Assembly (NCBI RefSeq): GCF_000143415.4
Contig: NW_003314333.1
Span: forward strand, 248,001 to 312,000
Direction of reading: 5' to 3'
DNA from: Selaginella moellendorffii
Lineage: Eukaryota > Plantae > Lycopodiophyta
Length of the DNA stretch: 64,000 bases
Positions 46,700 through 58,899 of this stretch are shown here, one piece after another. The translations under genes and the position numbers were made by a program. Under the pieces are notes generated by a model. That model saw only the letters and a list, made by a program, of their open reading frames with translations, searched no databases and was not told the DNA's origin. Each line of letters begins with the position of its first letter. Within the stretch, counting starts at the first letter, position 1.

Positions 46700-47777
46700 A
46701 TGAAGCAACTCGTGGGCAGGGAGAGGGAGCTGCGCGACTTGCTAGGCTACGTGGAACGGCGCATAGATAAGATTGTGCTTCTGCAGGGGCCGGAGCTCTC
46801 CGGCAAGACGGCTCTTCTGCGGGAGCTTCGGGCAGTCATGGCTTCCAAGTATGGCAGAACGATCCCCGTCTACCACCTCGATCTCACTTGTTTCAGAATG
46901 ACGGATGTTCTCGAGTGGATCCAAGGTAACGACAATTTTCTCATGGAAGAGTCCAAAGACTTGACAATCCTAGAGGTGATAGAGGAGATACTAGCTAGTG
47001 AGCATCAACTCCAGCCAGTGTTTATCATCGACCAGGCTGAAAGGATCCCCGAGATCTTTCCGCAGCCACGGGCACTGATAGAAGTCCTTGCGAAGATTGC
47101 ACGGGAGAGGAGAGGAGTGGTGATCCTGGCGAGTCTAGACGACTCTTTGCGGGAGGATTGGCAAGACCAAGTTCTTCCCTTTCACTTGGGATACTTCAGC
47201 GAGAAGGCCGCTAGGGCGTTTCTTCGTAAGCGAAGGGCAGCGGAGGACAGGAGATCGTGGTGGCAGCGGTGGTGGTCGAGGAGAGATCTAGTTAGTGACG
47301 AGGAATGGCGCGAGATATACCCCATTTGTGGTGGCTGCCCCAGGTTGCTTGGATTTTGCGTCTCCCCATACCCGAATCTTAGCGCAATAGTTGGCTCCGT
47401 GGTTGGGGGCGTACACACCGGACTGGAAGGCAGGGATGGCGAGTAAGTGATAGATATCTTGTTTCTAAGAAGTGCTTGGATCTAATCATTTGTGTTTTTG
47501 ATGGTGATCATCTAGGTGGGAGGGGGACAAGTACCGAAGGGTGGCGGAGCTGCTCGTGGAGAATGGAGGGAGCGTGGAGTGGTCTGTTGTTCTGGACAAG
47601 GTGTTTGGCAAGGATGTGAGCGAGGGGAGCTCTCAGCTCCGTGCCATGGCTTCTCGCAACATGATAAACGTCGAGTACTTGCCCGAGTCCAAGACCAAAG
47701 TGGTGATGGCTGGAAGTCCTGCGTATCTTTACGCCATGAGACTCGTGCTGGAAGGGAGAGATGAGCCGGATGTTTGA
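46700..47777 (+). CDS. Archaeal-ATPase-like (ATPase_2/STAND) P-loop protein with C-terminal wHTH-like region; one intron (about 47443-47515)
   Basis: LVGRERELRDL; IVLLQGPELSGKT; PVFIIDQA; VVILAS; IYPICGGCPRLL (GxP). Splicing joins DGE-WEGDKYRRVAELL in frame to ORF 47541-47777. Confidence 0.75.
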
Positions 47778-47849
47778 CAATTCCTTCGTTCTATTCTTAA
47801 GTTTGATTTGATCTGGATGAACAAAACTATTGTTATTACAAAAACAGTA

Positions 47850-48297
47850 GAAAGGTGTGGCCCTTTTCTCTCGCGAATGCTGGGTAGCCAAGCAAGAACT
47901 CAGCACCTGGGCTGCTCGTGGAGCTCGAATAAAAAATCTTGTCTCGACTGTTTTAGATCTTTGTGAACATCACGATCGATACGCGTACGCTTTATAGACA
48001 CTTGCGGGCTTGGACTGGCCGCCAAAACAGCGCTTTCCAACAGTGAGAGCACGAGCTTGTGAAAAATCCGACTCTTCTCCAGTAATCTCATCTCAGCTTG
48101 CATCTTTGGAGATTATTGTCCGGAAAGATGCCTTTTCTGCGATCGTTGTCAACACTAGTGCACGTCTTCAATTGCGAATCAAACTTCAACTTCGCCCACG
48201 ATCACACTTGATCACGGGTATTATTCTTTTACTCTTTTCGCAAAAACTGTACTGGTTATGCCTAACTTGTGCTCTCGTCGATCCGGATTCCCTGCAA
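47850..48297. repeat. Decayed direct copy of about 45345-46245 (DUF2834 3' half plus APX 3' end)
   Basis: ccaagcaaga.ctcagcacctgg; cttggactggccgc.aaa.cagcgctttccaacagtgagagc; agtgcacgtcttcaat; tgtgctctcgtc.atccgga.t.cctgca appear in both copies. Confidence 0.85.
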
Positions 48298-49944
48298 CCA
48301 CATCAGTCAGCCAACAAGGAGGAGAACAAGAGCTACAAACTTGAGGTGGATCGAATTTGGCTCCCAGTTCACTCAGCTTGGCATGCGCTTGAGCATAGTC
48401 CTTGAAGAACGCATCCTGATCCTTGGCGTAGAGCTCGGCATGCTCCTGGAGATACACATTGAGATAAGTTTTTCTAATTTTCTTAAGTTGGTCTATTCTT
48501 TACCTTGAATCCTGGATCTTCGAAAAGGACTGCGTCCGTTGGCAAGACGAGAAGATCTTCGTCTCTTTTCTCCTTGATATCCTGCATACGATACGACCAG
48601 CGTTCACTACTATCCAAATTTTCTTTTGCCGGCCTTGAAATAAAGTCTACCTTGAAATATGAATTGTCAAATTTCAGCCATTCCACAGTCCAGGACTGGC
48701 CTCCTGGAGCTCCAGGTCCGTCTTTCTATCATGTTCTCAAGCATCAAAATGTCATCGAAGATGCTGAAAGAACCACTTTCGTTACCGTGTATTTCGTTTC
48801 CTTTTTTCCCCAGCCACTCCGTTCTGGTCTAGATCGTCCCAAGGTATGAGCACCTGACAGGGCAACAATGTCCTTGGTATATCAAGGCGATGAGTAAAAG
48901 TCTGCTCAAGCCAGGAAAATTCTTCAAAGCGGAAAGCGCACCTTGTCATCCAGTCCCATCCTGTGAAACACTTTGCGAAGGTGCTCGGAAGGATTTGGGG
49001 GTCCGGCACCTGGAAAAAAAATTAATTCCAGGCGTCAGAGGAACGGACACCATTTGTCGAAGTCCAAGTTGGCTAGCGCTTGGAAAACTCATTCTTACTT
49101 GGAAGGTTACCCTCCTTCGGGCATTGCTCTGGGCCTACGGTATCAACTCTTCCATATCGCATTGGAATCCGGGGTCCTCCAGCCATCTGATTCCATCACC
49201 TTTAGAAGTTTAGGCCAGCTTCTTTGTTCTTTCTTGATAAGTTTACCTCTATGGCGGTGGCGCTTGCAAGCTGGAAAAGATCGGCATAGCTTACTGCGGT
49301 GAATTTCTCCTTCACGGGATTAAGCAGCTTGAGAGCATTTATGAGTCCTGCCGTAAGTTCGAAGGGATCGTTACAAGCTTTTCGCAAGTTGCTAAAAGTT
49401 ACCAGCATTCGCTCCATGTTCCAACTCGATAGAGAAGCGCAGGCTTCCATTGGCACCACCACACTTGGGCCACTCGCTGATGTTCTTGTCATACGTTCCA
49501 GCGTCGTGCCATCCCAATCTAATCTGTCGATTCGAAAGAGCTCACAAGGTTTGATCGTTGAAAAAAAAAGAAAACAGTTTTTTGTTACTTACTAGTATAG
49601 GATTGCAATGCATTTTCGTGATCACTTCCTTGATCGCTTCCCTCGCTCCCACTAGCTGATCGAGCTGAGACGCGATCCTCTGGGACGATTCCACGGCGGC
49701 GGCTCCACTCCCAGACATGGCAAAAGTTCTGATCCTCCGCGAGCAGGCCTGATCGGTTGCAAACACGATCCATCGACATCGAGAAAGAGAGGAGGCAAAC
49801 ACTCACCGCACGGAGCGACAAACCCGATGATGAGAGCCGCCGATGAGGCGCCGCAGCAATGCTGAGCCTGGCAGTGACAGCAGGGAGAGATTTGCAGAGA
49901 AGCGCCCCGGAGAAAACGATCGACCTCGCCGACGCCATCGCCAT
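48262..49944 (-). CDS. APX: Chloroplastic (stromal-type) ascorbate peroxidase (multi-exon)
   Basis: Transit peptide; [16 protein letters not shown]; GGANGSLRF; [15 protein letters not shown]; CPEGG.LP; [18 protein letters not shown]; WLKFDNSYF; [10 protein letters not shown]; [16 protein letters not shown]|GIRIDESTS*. Confidence 0.93.
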
Positions 49945-50053
49945 TCTTTACTACTCCTGTTTCAGAGAAGGGACTCTTTTTTCTCTAGAGATAGCAGAAT
50001 ATTCACTAAATATTCCGGCAAAGAGTTTTAAATTACACGACCGGCTAGTCCAT

Positions 50054-51941
50054 TCAACGTTGTTTGAACGCTGACTCTTCGATGAATCCCATGGCCTCCA
50101 CCGACATGTACTCCTCGTCCCTGAATCGCAGCAAGAACTGGACGAATCGATAGGCATCCTGGAAATTCGACACGGTACCCAGCGAGATTTTCACGGCCCT
50201 GAATGTGGCGAGTGGATGCGCCGACGATGATCGCTGGGAAATCGGCGCCACCAGTGGATGATTCGCGAATCCGCAAGTCCCGAGCTTGATGTTCTGCTTC
50301 TCGGCCAGGCTGCGAACAATGTGAGGCGGGAAGAGATTCCCAGTGGAATCCACTAGATTGAACACCACCATGCTCCCTCGCTCGCGCTCCTTGCTGCCGT
50401 AGACCTTGATCATGGGCCGCGAGTTCTCGCCGACGTGGTTGATCCTCTTGAGATTGGCGTGCAGCCACGCTGCCAGGCATTCGACCCTCTTCCCGATCCT
50501 GTCCATGCCGATCGATTCCAGATGATCCAATCCCGTCGCTACTGCCGCCAGCGTGAGCCCATTGATCACCATTCCACCGTCCTCGCAAGCAATGTGAACT
50601 CCCGCGGCCTCCACAAACGCTGGGCTTGTCCTGGATTTGAGCTTCTTCATCACCAGAGCCTCCACATCCCGCCTGATCGCCAGGAATCCCACGCCGGGAG
50701 GATACCCCAGCGCGTGATGCAGCGAGCCCACCACGAATTCGGGCCGCTCGATCGCGACGTCCACTACTCCAGCCGCGGGGAGGGCGATCGAGACATCCAG
50801 CAGCGCGTGCCACCCCTTGGCGTGCGTTTGTTTGATCCAATCCACACCATAGCGAGTGCCGGTGAGGCCGGATTGCGCTGGAATGACGACGACGCCGCCG
50901 CCTTGGCCGATGACCAGTCTCGACGCCATCTTGTTTAGCAGCCGTTGGATCTCGCCCCGGGGAGCGGCGAGGTCCGTCGATCGCAGCCCGGCAACGCTAA
51001 CTCGGGTGCCCGACCTCGCCGCGGCCGAGACGAGGTGGCGGATGGACTCGTGCGCGTCCTGGCACACGAGAATCTGGCTGCTCCTGTCCAGTGGGTAGAT
51101 CTCTGCGAACAATCGGAAGCTGGCCGACACCCCAGCCGTCAAGACGAGCGTCGGGTAATCGTCCTTGGATGCGTTGAGCATGCCAAGGATCCTGTTCTGG
51201 AGGCCGACTATCCGGTTTCTTAGCCGAGAGCTGGATGGGAGAATGGATGCCGAGCAGGGAGCCTCTTCCAGAAGAAACTGCGTGTGTTCCTCCACCTGAG
51301 GAGATCCCAAAGATCAGGCTATGCGCGTTCCAGCAAATGCCGTGTGAAGGCAAAATACCTGGTAGCTCGAGAAGAGTGGATTGTTGGCGTAGTCAAGGTG
51401 TACCACGCGCTGGAGGTCGAGATTGGAGTACTGCTCCTTCCTCACATTGTCCAGGGACAGGTTCTCGAAGTAGTCCTCGTAATCATCCAGGAATTGCTCC
51501 TCGGCCTCGACGTACTCGGGAAGAACAGCCGGTCCCACGTTGATCTCCTCCTCGGGCACCGACGAGGATGTCGGCCAGCTTCTCTTGGAGGCCTGATCGT
51601 TGTCATCGGACGAGGAATTGAAGGAAAGGCTCCCCAGGAACTGATCGTTGGTGGAGGCCCGAGGATCCACCGCCTGCTCGCCGCTGGAATCAAGCGGGAA
51701 CAGGCTCTCGGCGTGGAAGGCACTGTACGAGTCTAGGCTCTCCGTGTCGTCCCAGTTCGCCGGCGATGATGGGCGATTCCCATTGCGAGCAGCAGGGGGC
51801 GATGATGCTGGCCGTGAATCGATCTTCTTCTGCGAGGAGAAACAAGCGAGTGAATTCCTGCGACCCAATTCAGCCTCTCACCTTGTTGCTGTGGCCGTGA
51901 GCTCCGGAATTGCGCAGCCTAGAGCTCAAGCGATTAAACAT
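50054..51941 (-). CDS. Class-V PLP-fold protein, molybdenum cofactor sulfurase-like (no MOSC domain)
   Basis: Exon 1 MFNRLSSRL...SNK, a ~52-nt intron, then VRKEQY..LDYAN..LFS; PAQSGLTG; WHALLD; PEFVVGSLHHALGYPPGVG; AVKISLGTVSNFQDAYRF. Confidence 0.85.
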
Positions 51942-52120
51942 TCTTCTTGCCGCAAATCGATCTTATCCAGGGCGAGGCGAGAATTCCTTTTCTTCTCTGG
52001 TGCTCGTCTTATGGTCGCGGGGTTCACTCCTTTTTGTGCATTTGGCGGCTTGCCGTGTTGACGCCAACGAATTGGACAGAAGCGCATCCACGCCACTCAA
52101 ATTTGACGGTAGCGATCGCC

Positions 52121-52147
52121 TAGGGTTTGTAGGGCTTTTTAGGGTTT
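52121..52147. promoter_or_regulatory. Telo-box cluster just upstream of eIF3b
   Basis: tagggttt twice within 40 bp of the ATG; telo-boxes are typical of plant translation-machinery genes. Confidence 0.65.
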
Positions 52148-52160
52148 ACGAGCAGCAGCG

Positions 52161-54902
52161 ATGGCGGAGGTCGCCCTCCCATACCGCTACGATCCACAGC
52201 CGCCGTCGCCGCAGCAGCAGCCACCCAGGCCTGGCTTGAACATCGACTGGTCGCAGGTGAATCTCGATGAGATTCAGCTCCCTCCGGGCGAGGATTTTGG
52301 AATCAAGAGGTAGGCTTTCTTGTCGAAATCGCTCCACTTAGCGGATCTCGGTTGTGGCTAGTGAGGATGAAGAGGAGGAGGAGGAGATTGTGGAGAGCGA
52401 GTCTGGTTTCGGGAGCATAATTGTCGTAGACAATCTCCCGGTGGTGGAGCCTGCCAAGTATGAGAAGCTCGAAAACGTGGTACGCAAGATTTTTGGACAA
52501 ATGGGAATCATTAGAACGCTCTTCATGCCGAAAGACAAAGCGACTGGCAAAACGGCGGGCTTTGCTTTCATCGAGTACTCCAGTCCCCAGGTATGCAAGA
52601 TGTGGTGGAGTTTTTCTATCGTTTCTCAATCTACTTTGCAGGAGGCCCATACCGCTCGGGAACAAGCCGATGGGTATAAGCTCGACAAGTCTCACGTCTT
52701 TATGGTGAGGATGTTCGATGACATTGACAAGTACATGAAAGTTCCCGAGCAGTGGGTAGCTCCAGAGATCAAGAGCTACGTGCCAGGGGTATGTCTTACT
52801 TTGTTGCTTATGTGCTTCTTTCTTTTCTTAAACACTATTTGCTTTGCATCAGGAGAATCTTCTCGAATGGCTGATGGACGAGAAAGGACGCGATCAATTT
52901 GTGATACGATTTGGCACGGAGACAGAGGTGTGCTGGAACGATGCCCGTCTGTTGAAGGCCGAGACGGCATATCATCGATCGGTAGGCCGAGCTACTGTTA
53001 TCTCTATCTGGTCTGATTCTCTTTTAAATAGTTCTGGACGGAAAGCTTTGTTCAATGGTCTCCCCTTGGAACGTATCTCGCAACAATTCATCGGCAAGGT
53101 GCTGTCATATGGGGTGGATGCACTAACTTTAGCCGGATCACTCGATTCATTCACCAACAGGTCGGAACTTCGATCTTAAATTTTGCTTCATTTTGCTTCA
53201 TTTTGCTTCACCGTGTCAAACGTAGGTGCGGCTAATTGACTTCTCCCCATCCGAAAAGTTCCTCGTAACGTACAGCAGCCACGAACCAAGCAATCCCCGC
53301 GAAACACAAGTAAGTTCGATGTTGCAACCGGTGTTGAGCTGGTCTGAGTACTTGCTATGATTTTGCAGAAAGTAGTGCTTAACGTTTTCGACGTACGAAG
53401 TGGTAAATCGCACCGAGAATTCAAGGGCAGCGCCGACGAGTTTGCTACTGGTGGGACTGGAGGTGTTGCCGGAGTGTCTTGGCCAGTGTTCAGGTTAGTT
53501 CTGACTGGATGATTACCATCTTAACTTGGACTCAAATGCTACTTCCTACATCTAGGTGGTCTGGCGGCCGTGATGACAAGTATTTTGCGCGTATAGGAAA
53601 GCACTGTATAAGTGTTTACGAGACAGAGACCATGGGTTTACTGGACAAGAAGTCGCTGAAAGTTGACAATGTTATAGATTTTAGCTGGTCACCAACCGAT
53701 TCAATTCTGGCCCTTTTTGTTCCAGAAGGCAACGGTGGCAATCAACCTGCGAGGGTATGTATTTGTGTTTGATTTCTCTACATGTGACCTGGTTTGCTCT
53801 CAACTTCAACAGGTCAGCCTGGTTCAAATTCCTGGCAGGGAAGAACTGAGGCAGAAGAACCTTTTCAGTGTCAGTGACTGCAAGATGTACTGGCAAAGCA
53901 ACGGAGACTATCTAGCAGTCAAAGTTGACCGGTATACAAAGACGAAGAAGAGCACGTATACCGGTTTTGAGCTCTTCCGGATCAAAGAACGAGACATTCC
54001 TATCGAGGTCTTGGAGCTTGAGAACAAAAACGACAAGATTATCGCCTTCGCATGGGAACCAAAGGGCCACAGATTCGCCATCATTCATGGAGATGGTCCT
54101 CGTCCCGACGTAACGTTCTACTCGATGAAAAGCCCAAACAACGTGGACCGTGTAACCAAGCTTGCCACGCTCAAAGGAAAGCAGGCAAATGCTCTCTACT
54201 GGTCGCCTGCGGGGCGCTTCATTGTGCTGGCGGGTCTCAAGGCGTATAACGGGCAGCTCGAGTTCTACAATGTTGATGATCTCGAAACTATGGCAACGGC
54301 AGAGCATTTCATGGCAACTGATGTGGATTGGGATCCCGCTGGAAGGTAAGCTCTTCTGAAACGAACTTATCCTTACCACTGGTCGTTTGCAGATATGTGG
54401 CTACTTCTGTTACTTCCGTGCACCAAATGGAGAACGGCTTCATTATCTGGTCTTTCCATGGGAAGCTGATATACAAGGTTTCAAGGGACAGATTCTTCCA
54501 GGTCTGGAAATTGTCAGTGCCATCCACTGCCGCCGACTGACGGTTGCTTGTGTTTCCTTACAGTTCTTGTGGCGCCCCAGGCCTCCATCTCTCCTTAGTA
54601 GCGAAGAGGAAGCCGAGATTTTTAGGAACTTGAAACAGTATTCCAAGAGGTATGACCAAGAGGACATAGAATCGTCGAGGTTCCACAGCACCCAGGAGTT
54701 GGAGCAGAGGAGGAAGCTGATTGAGGAGTGGAACGGGTGGCTGTCTTCGTGGAAGCAAATGCACGAGGCGGACAAGCCTTACCGGCAGGAGCTTCGTGAT
54801 GGCGAGCCCAGCGACGACGAGCAGGAGTACGAAGACGAAGAGGTTGAGATTGAGGAGGTGATTGATGTGGAAGAGATCAAGGAAGAGGACCTTGAGGCGT
54901 AA
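52161..54902 (+). CDS. eIF3b: Eukaryotic translation initiation factor 3 subunit B (multi-exon)
   Basis: IIVVDNLPVV RRM; GYKLDKSHVF; QWSPLGTYLAT; RQKNLFSVSDCKMYWQ; FAWEPKGHRFAI; WDPAGRY; QFLWRPRPP; acidic C-terminus. Confidence 0.97.
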
Positions 54903-54956
54903 CGTATCGTTGTTGAGTGAGGAATATACCTATATCTAGGTATTTAATTTCTTGCT

Positions 54957-55931
54957 TTACAAGTGTATTGATAGGGGTGGCGGGGATGCATATACTTTGG
55001 TATCCCAGGTACCTTTATCTAAATCAAACGAAAAGGATGCTTTATCACCGTTGCCCGAGACACAAGCAAAATTCATGAAGTTCCCGGCCTGCCCAATATA
55101 ACTCAAGTCTTGACAATTTTCCATCTTGCGCAGGCCCACATCCCTCTCAAGAAATTGCCTCCACAAGGACTCCGAGATTATGATCTCGTACTGTAGACCT
55201 CCAACATTCTTGAGCACCAAGTAATAGAGCTTCCCCCTCCAAGGAGCCAGGACATACTCTACACGCGGGTTGTCGATTAAAAGCCTATGTGACACACTCT
55301 TCCTTGCCAGATCAAAAAAGGCCACCTCCATACCCTTTCTACAGAGAACAACGTCTTGTGTCACCACCAGCAGCAGCGATCCATTGCGCAAGGCCCCCGT
55401 CACACTGTGCCACTCCGCTTGTCCGCGAGTGAAGCTCCAAACCACGCCATCCGAGCGCCACACCACAAGCTTGTAATCCCAGGGAGGGGACGAAGAACGA
55501 GTGGCAATGAGGCGGACCCTGGACATGTCCCCAAATTGCAGGTAGGGGATCTCCTCCCAGCGGTTGACGAAGGGACTCCCGACGAAGAGCCGCCTCACCT
55601 GTGTGGAGCGCGCGAGGAAGAGGCGCTTGTCTTGAGACACGGCGCACAGCCAGTCGGGAACGTCCTCCTCCACGTCCTCGAAATGCCGGGGCGCCCAACG
55701 CATCGCCTTGCCGCTGCTGTCCTGGATGCAATTGGCGTCGGGGAAGAGGCAGGCGCTGTCCCTGTAACATCTCCGGAAGGTGGGCTCGTCCACCACTGAC
55801 CTCCACACGCGGCACACGCACCTGGCGCTTAGAACAGCCGAGAAGGGGAGCCTGGCGAGGATTTGAGCCACAACCTCGGGCATAATGCCCGATATCCCTG
55901 TGCCCCAGCACCCCTTCTTTGGAGACGCCAT
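54957..55931 (-). CDS. F-box protein, intronless
   Basis: MPEVVAQILARLPFSAVLSARCVCRVWRSVV; LFVGSPFVNRWEEIP; FDLDKGTW. Confidence 0.85.
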   Translation of the reverse strand: MASPKKGCWGTGISGIMPEVVAQILARLPFSAVLSARCVCRVWRSVVDEPTFRRCYRDSACLFPDANCIQDSSGKAMRWAPRHFEDVEEDVPDWLCAVSQDKRLFLARSTQVRRLFVGSPFVNRWEEIPYLQFGDMSRVRLIATRSSSPPWDYKLVVWRSDGVVWSFTRGQAEWHSVTGALRNGSLLLVVTQDVVLCRKGMEVAFFDLARKSVSHRLLIDNPRVEYVLAPWRGKLYYLVLKNVGGLQYEIIISESLWRQFLERDVGLRKMENCQDLSYIGQAGNFMNFACVSGNGDKASFSFDLDKGTWDTKVYASPPPLSIHL

Positions 55932-56477
55932 TAGCCCTTGCCTTTCCAGTCTCGATTTCTCGACTCAAAGGGCAATTTTTCTAGAACCTTTTCAAGTTCG
56001 GAAATAAACCTTTTGTCCAATACGATAGTGTTAGCACCATCATGATGTCGAGTTTAATCCGCCAGTGGCGCTTCTTCATCTGTCCCACTGCTTCCCGCCT
56101 ATCTGGCACCTCTCAATAATCTGGGTCCGGTGTTGCTCGAAAGAAATTGTATCTGTGAATGGGAATCGAATCGTGATGAGCTTCCTCGTGTTCGCGCAGC
56201 TACTGCTCTGATGCTCATGCTCTTTCCTTAAGAAAAAGCTTGAATACACTTGGAACTTTGGTCTCTCTATCGCCACTGCCGCAATGTTAGTTTCTCACGA
56301 TCGTATCCTGAACTTTGGCAGATGTGAGCTGCTGGAGCATCGACAGGCTCGAAAGCTCCGACTGCTGTATATGAGCTCGCGACTTCCAAAGCGTCTGCGG
56401 TGTTAACAAACTCACCTCTGTAGAACTGAGAAAATATTTCATATTCCGCCACGTCAGCATTAGGTCACGACGGTTGG

Positions 56478-57838
56478 GGAAGCAAGGAGGGAATAAAGAG
56501 TTACAATGCTGCCAAGAAGAATGCCGAGAAGAATGGACTTCGCTTGCGTTGAGAGGTGAGAGAGCGATAGGTGTCCACTTGCGAATAGACTCCTGGGTTC
56601 CCTGGGTTCTTCACTGGTACATTGTCCAAACCCAATTTCTCAATAAACCTACAGAGTTTGAGCGAGAGGCAAACCAAGTAGTGTCGTTGTAAAATTGGGA
56701 CTAAACAGCAGTGTAGTTTTGTTGAACCGATCCAAATATAAAGATTATCCAGACAAAGATGCTCCTGCTCGCTTTGCTCAGCCTTCTCTCGTCCCAGACT
56801 ACAGCCTTCTCTCATCCCAGACTACAGCCAAACTTCAAAATTGGCTTATCTGTGGCCAAGAGCTAGCAAAAAAAACTGGCAAGTGCAGTGGGGGCCCAAG
56901 TCTGGCCAAACAGGATCATAACAGGAGTATGCTCTAGAGGAGCTAGAAGGATGGGAGATCAATGAGAAATCCCACAATCTTCAACTCCTCTTCACCAAAA
57001 GAAGCAGAAACTGGAAGATCAGGAAGTGCCTTGTGGGGACAGCCAAGCCTGGGAAGAGCAGCATGGTGAATATAAGTGGTGGGTAAGGTGAGATCTGCCA
57101 CACAGGTGTAAAGCACAATCGTGAGGTCCAGCAGAAATGGTGGTAGAAGCTCGAAACACCAGATTGGAAGGTGGATGAGAGAGGCTCACCACACATTTCT
57201 GTTGGACCTTGGAACTCCCCTGGCTTGTCCATTTATGTGAGTGGGCACTTTTATGCCTGTGTGGCAGATCTCACTTTACCTACCAATTATATTGACCATG
57301 TTGCTCTTCCCACACTCTGTTGTCCCCTCAGGGCACTTCCTGATCCTTTGGTTTCTACTTCTTTCAGTGAAGAGGAGTTGGAGATTGTAGGATTTCTCAC
57401 TGATCTCCCATATACCCTTCTTGGCAAGTCTTAAATGGCTAACTTCTAGCTCCTCTGAAGCATGCTCCTGTTATGATCCTGTTTGGCCAGACCTAGGCCA
57501 CCATTGCACTTGCCAGTTTTTTTTGCTAGCTCTTGGCTGCAAAAAAGCCACTTTTGAAGCTTGACTGTAGTTTGGGATGTGAGAGAAGGCTGAGTAGAGC
57601 GAGCAGGAGAATCTTTGTCTAGATAATCTTCATCTTTGGATCAGTTCAACAAAACTTTAAGCGTTCACACTGCTGTATAGTCCCAATTTTATAATGACAC
57701 TACTTGCTCTCGCTCAAAATCTGTAAGTTTATTGAGAAATTGGGTTTGGGGAGAAATTGCCTCTCAACGCAAGTGAAGCCGCTCATTCTTCTCGGCATTC
57801 TTGGCAGCATTGTAACTCTTTATTCCCCTCTTGCTTCC
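56478..57838. repeat. Large diverged inverted repeat (arms about 56478-57117 and 57246-57838; loop about 130 bp), with a third partial copy at about 58020-58115
   Basis: ggaataaagagttacaatgctgccaagaa / ttcttggcagcattgtaactctttattcc; gtgagatctgccacacagg / cctgtgtggcagatctcac; acccaatttctcaataaac / gtttattgagaaattgggt. Confidence 0.9.
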
Positions 57839-58899
57839 AGATCATCAAGTTTGAGCATGTCATCCAGGACCCATTCTTCAACTGGAGGAGGAACCGTAGT
57901 GTCTTGAGAAGTCTCACTATCATGACAGATTTCCACATCACCACTCTCATCTGGAGCATCATGATCAGCTACAAAAACCTGGTGCAAAGGTGGTGGTGGC
58001 TCAGCTGCCAAAAAGCCAGGTTTGAAGCTCAGTTGTAGTCTTGGACGTGAGAAAAGGCTGAGCAGAGAGAGCAGGAGCATCTTTGTTTGGATAATCTTCA
58101 TCTTTGGATCGGTTCTACAAGCATCTTCATCTGGATCATCTTCATCCCCATTGTGGAAGATGTTTCCACTTGCAAATAGACTTCTAGGTTCTTCATTGTC
58201 AAAGTCACGAAACTGTTGCCGAATCAGGAACATTATCTATAGCATTGCATTTATTTCTTGAAGGCTACACAAAGGTTGATTTCTCAGCAAGTTATCAAGG
58301 TGGAATGGTTTGAGAACTCAAGCACATGAATTACACCCGCAACTCCAGCTTTGGCTTTGTTACGAGTCATTGTGAGAGTGAGCCTCTCCAGGAAAAACAA
58401 ACAAGGATGGAATCATTACATTCACCAGGCAACAAAGAACTCTCTAGGGAAACAAAACTTCTAAAGAAAGCTGGCCAAGCAGGTAGGGCATAGTAATCTC
58501 TTGAGCAGCCCTGGACATAGAGGTTTTGACAATCCAGCAATGGCCTTGATGCATGCACCCAAATTGCTGCTGGCAAGTGAGTCAGCCATCTGGCCCTCAC
58601 AACTGGCTTATCCTTGAGGGAAATACAATAAATGGATCATCTGAATTGCAAAAGCTTACCCCTCATTGCTGCCTATATTGCTAATGCCCATGCTTGAATA
58701 GCCAGCCATCATGAGCTCCTCCAGCCTAGAGCCAACCATCCGGCCCTCGCAATTGGCTTGTACTTGATGGGAGCTAAGAAAGAAGAAAAAAAATGGGGGA
58801 AAACTTACCCCATCAAAGCCCTCATTGGCAGCCACATTCTTGCTAGTTGGGATTGCTGGGCGTGCAAGCTAGCAATCACAAGAATTGTAGAAACCTTGG

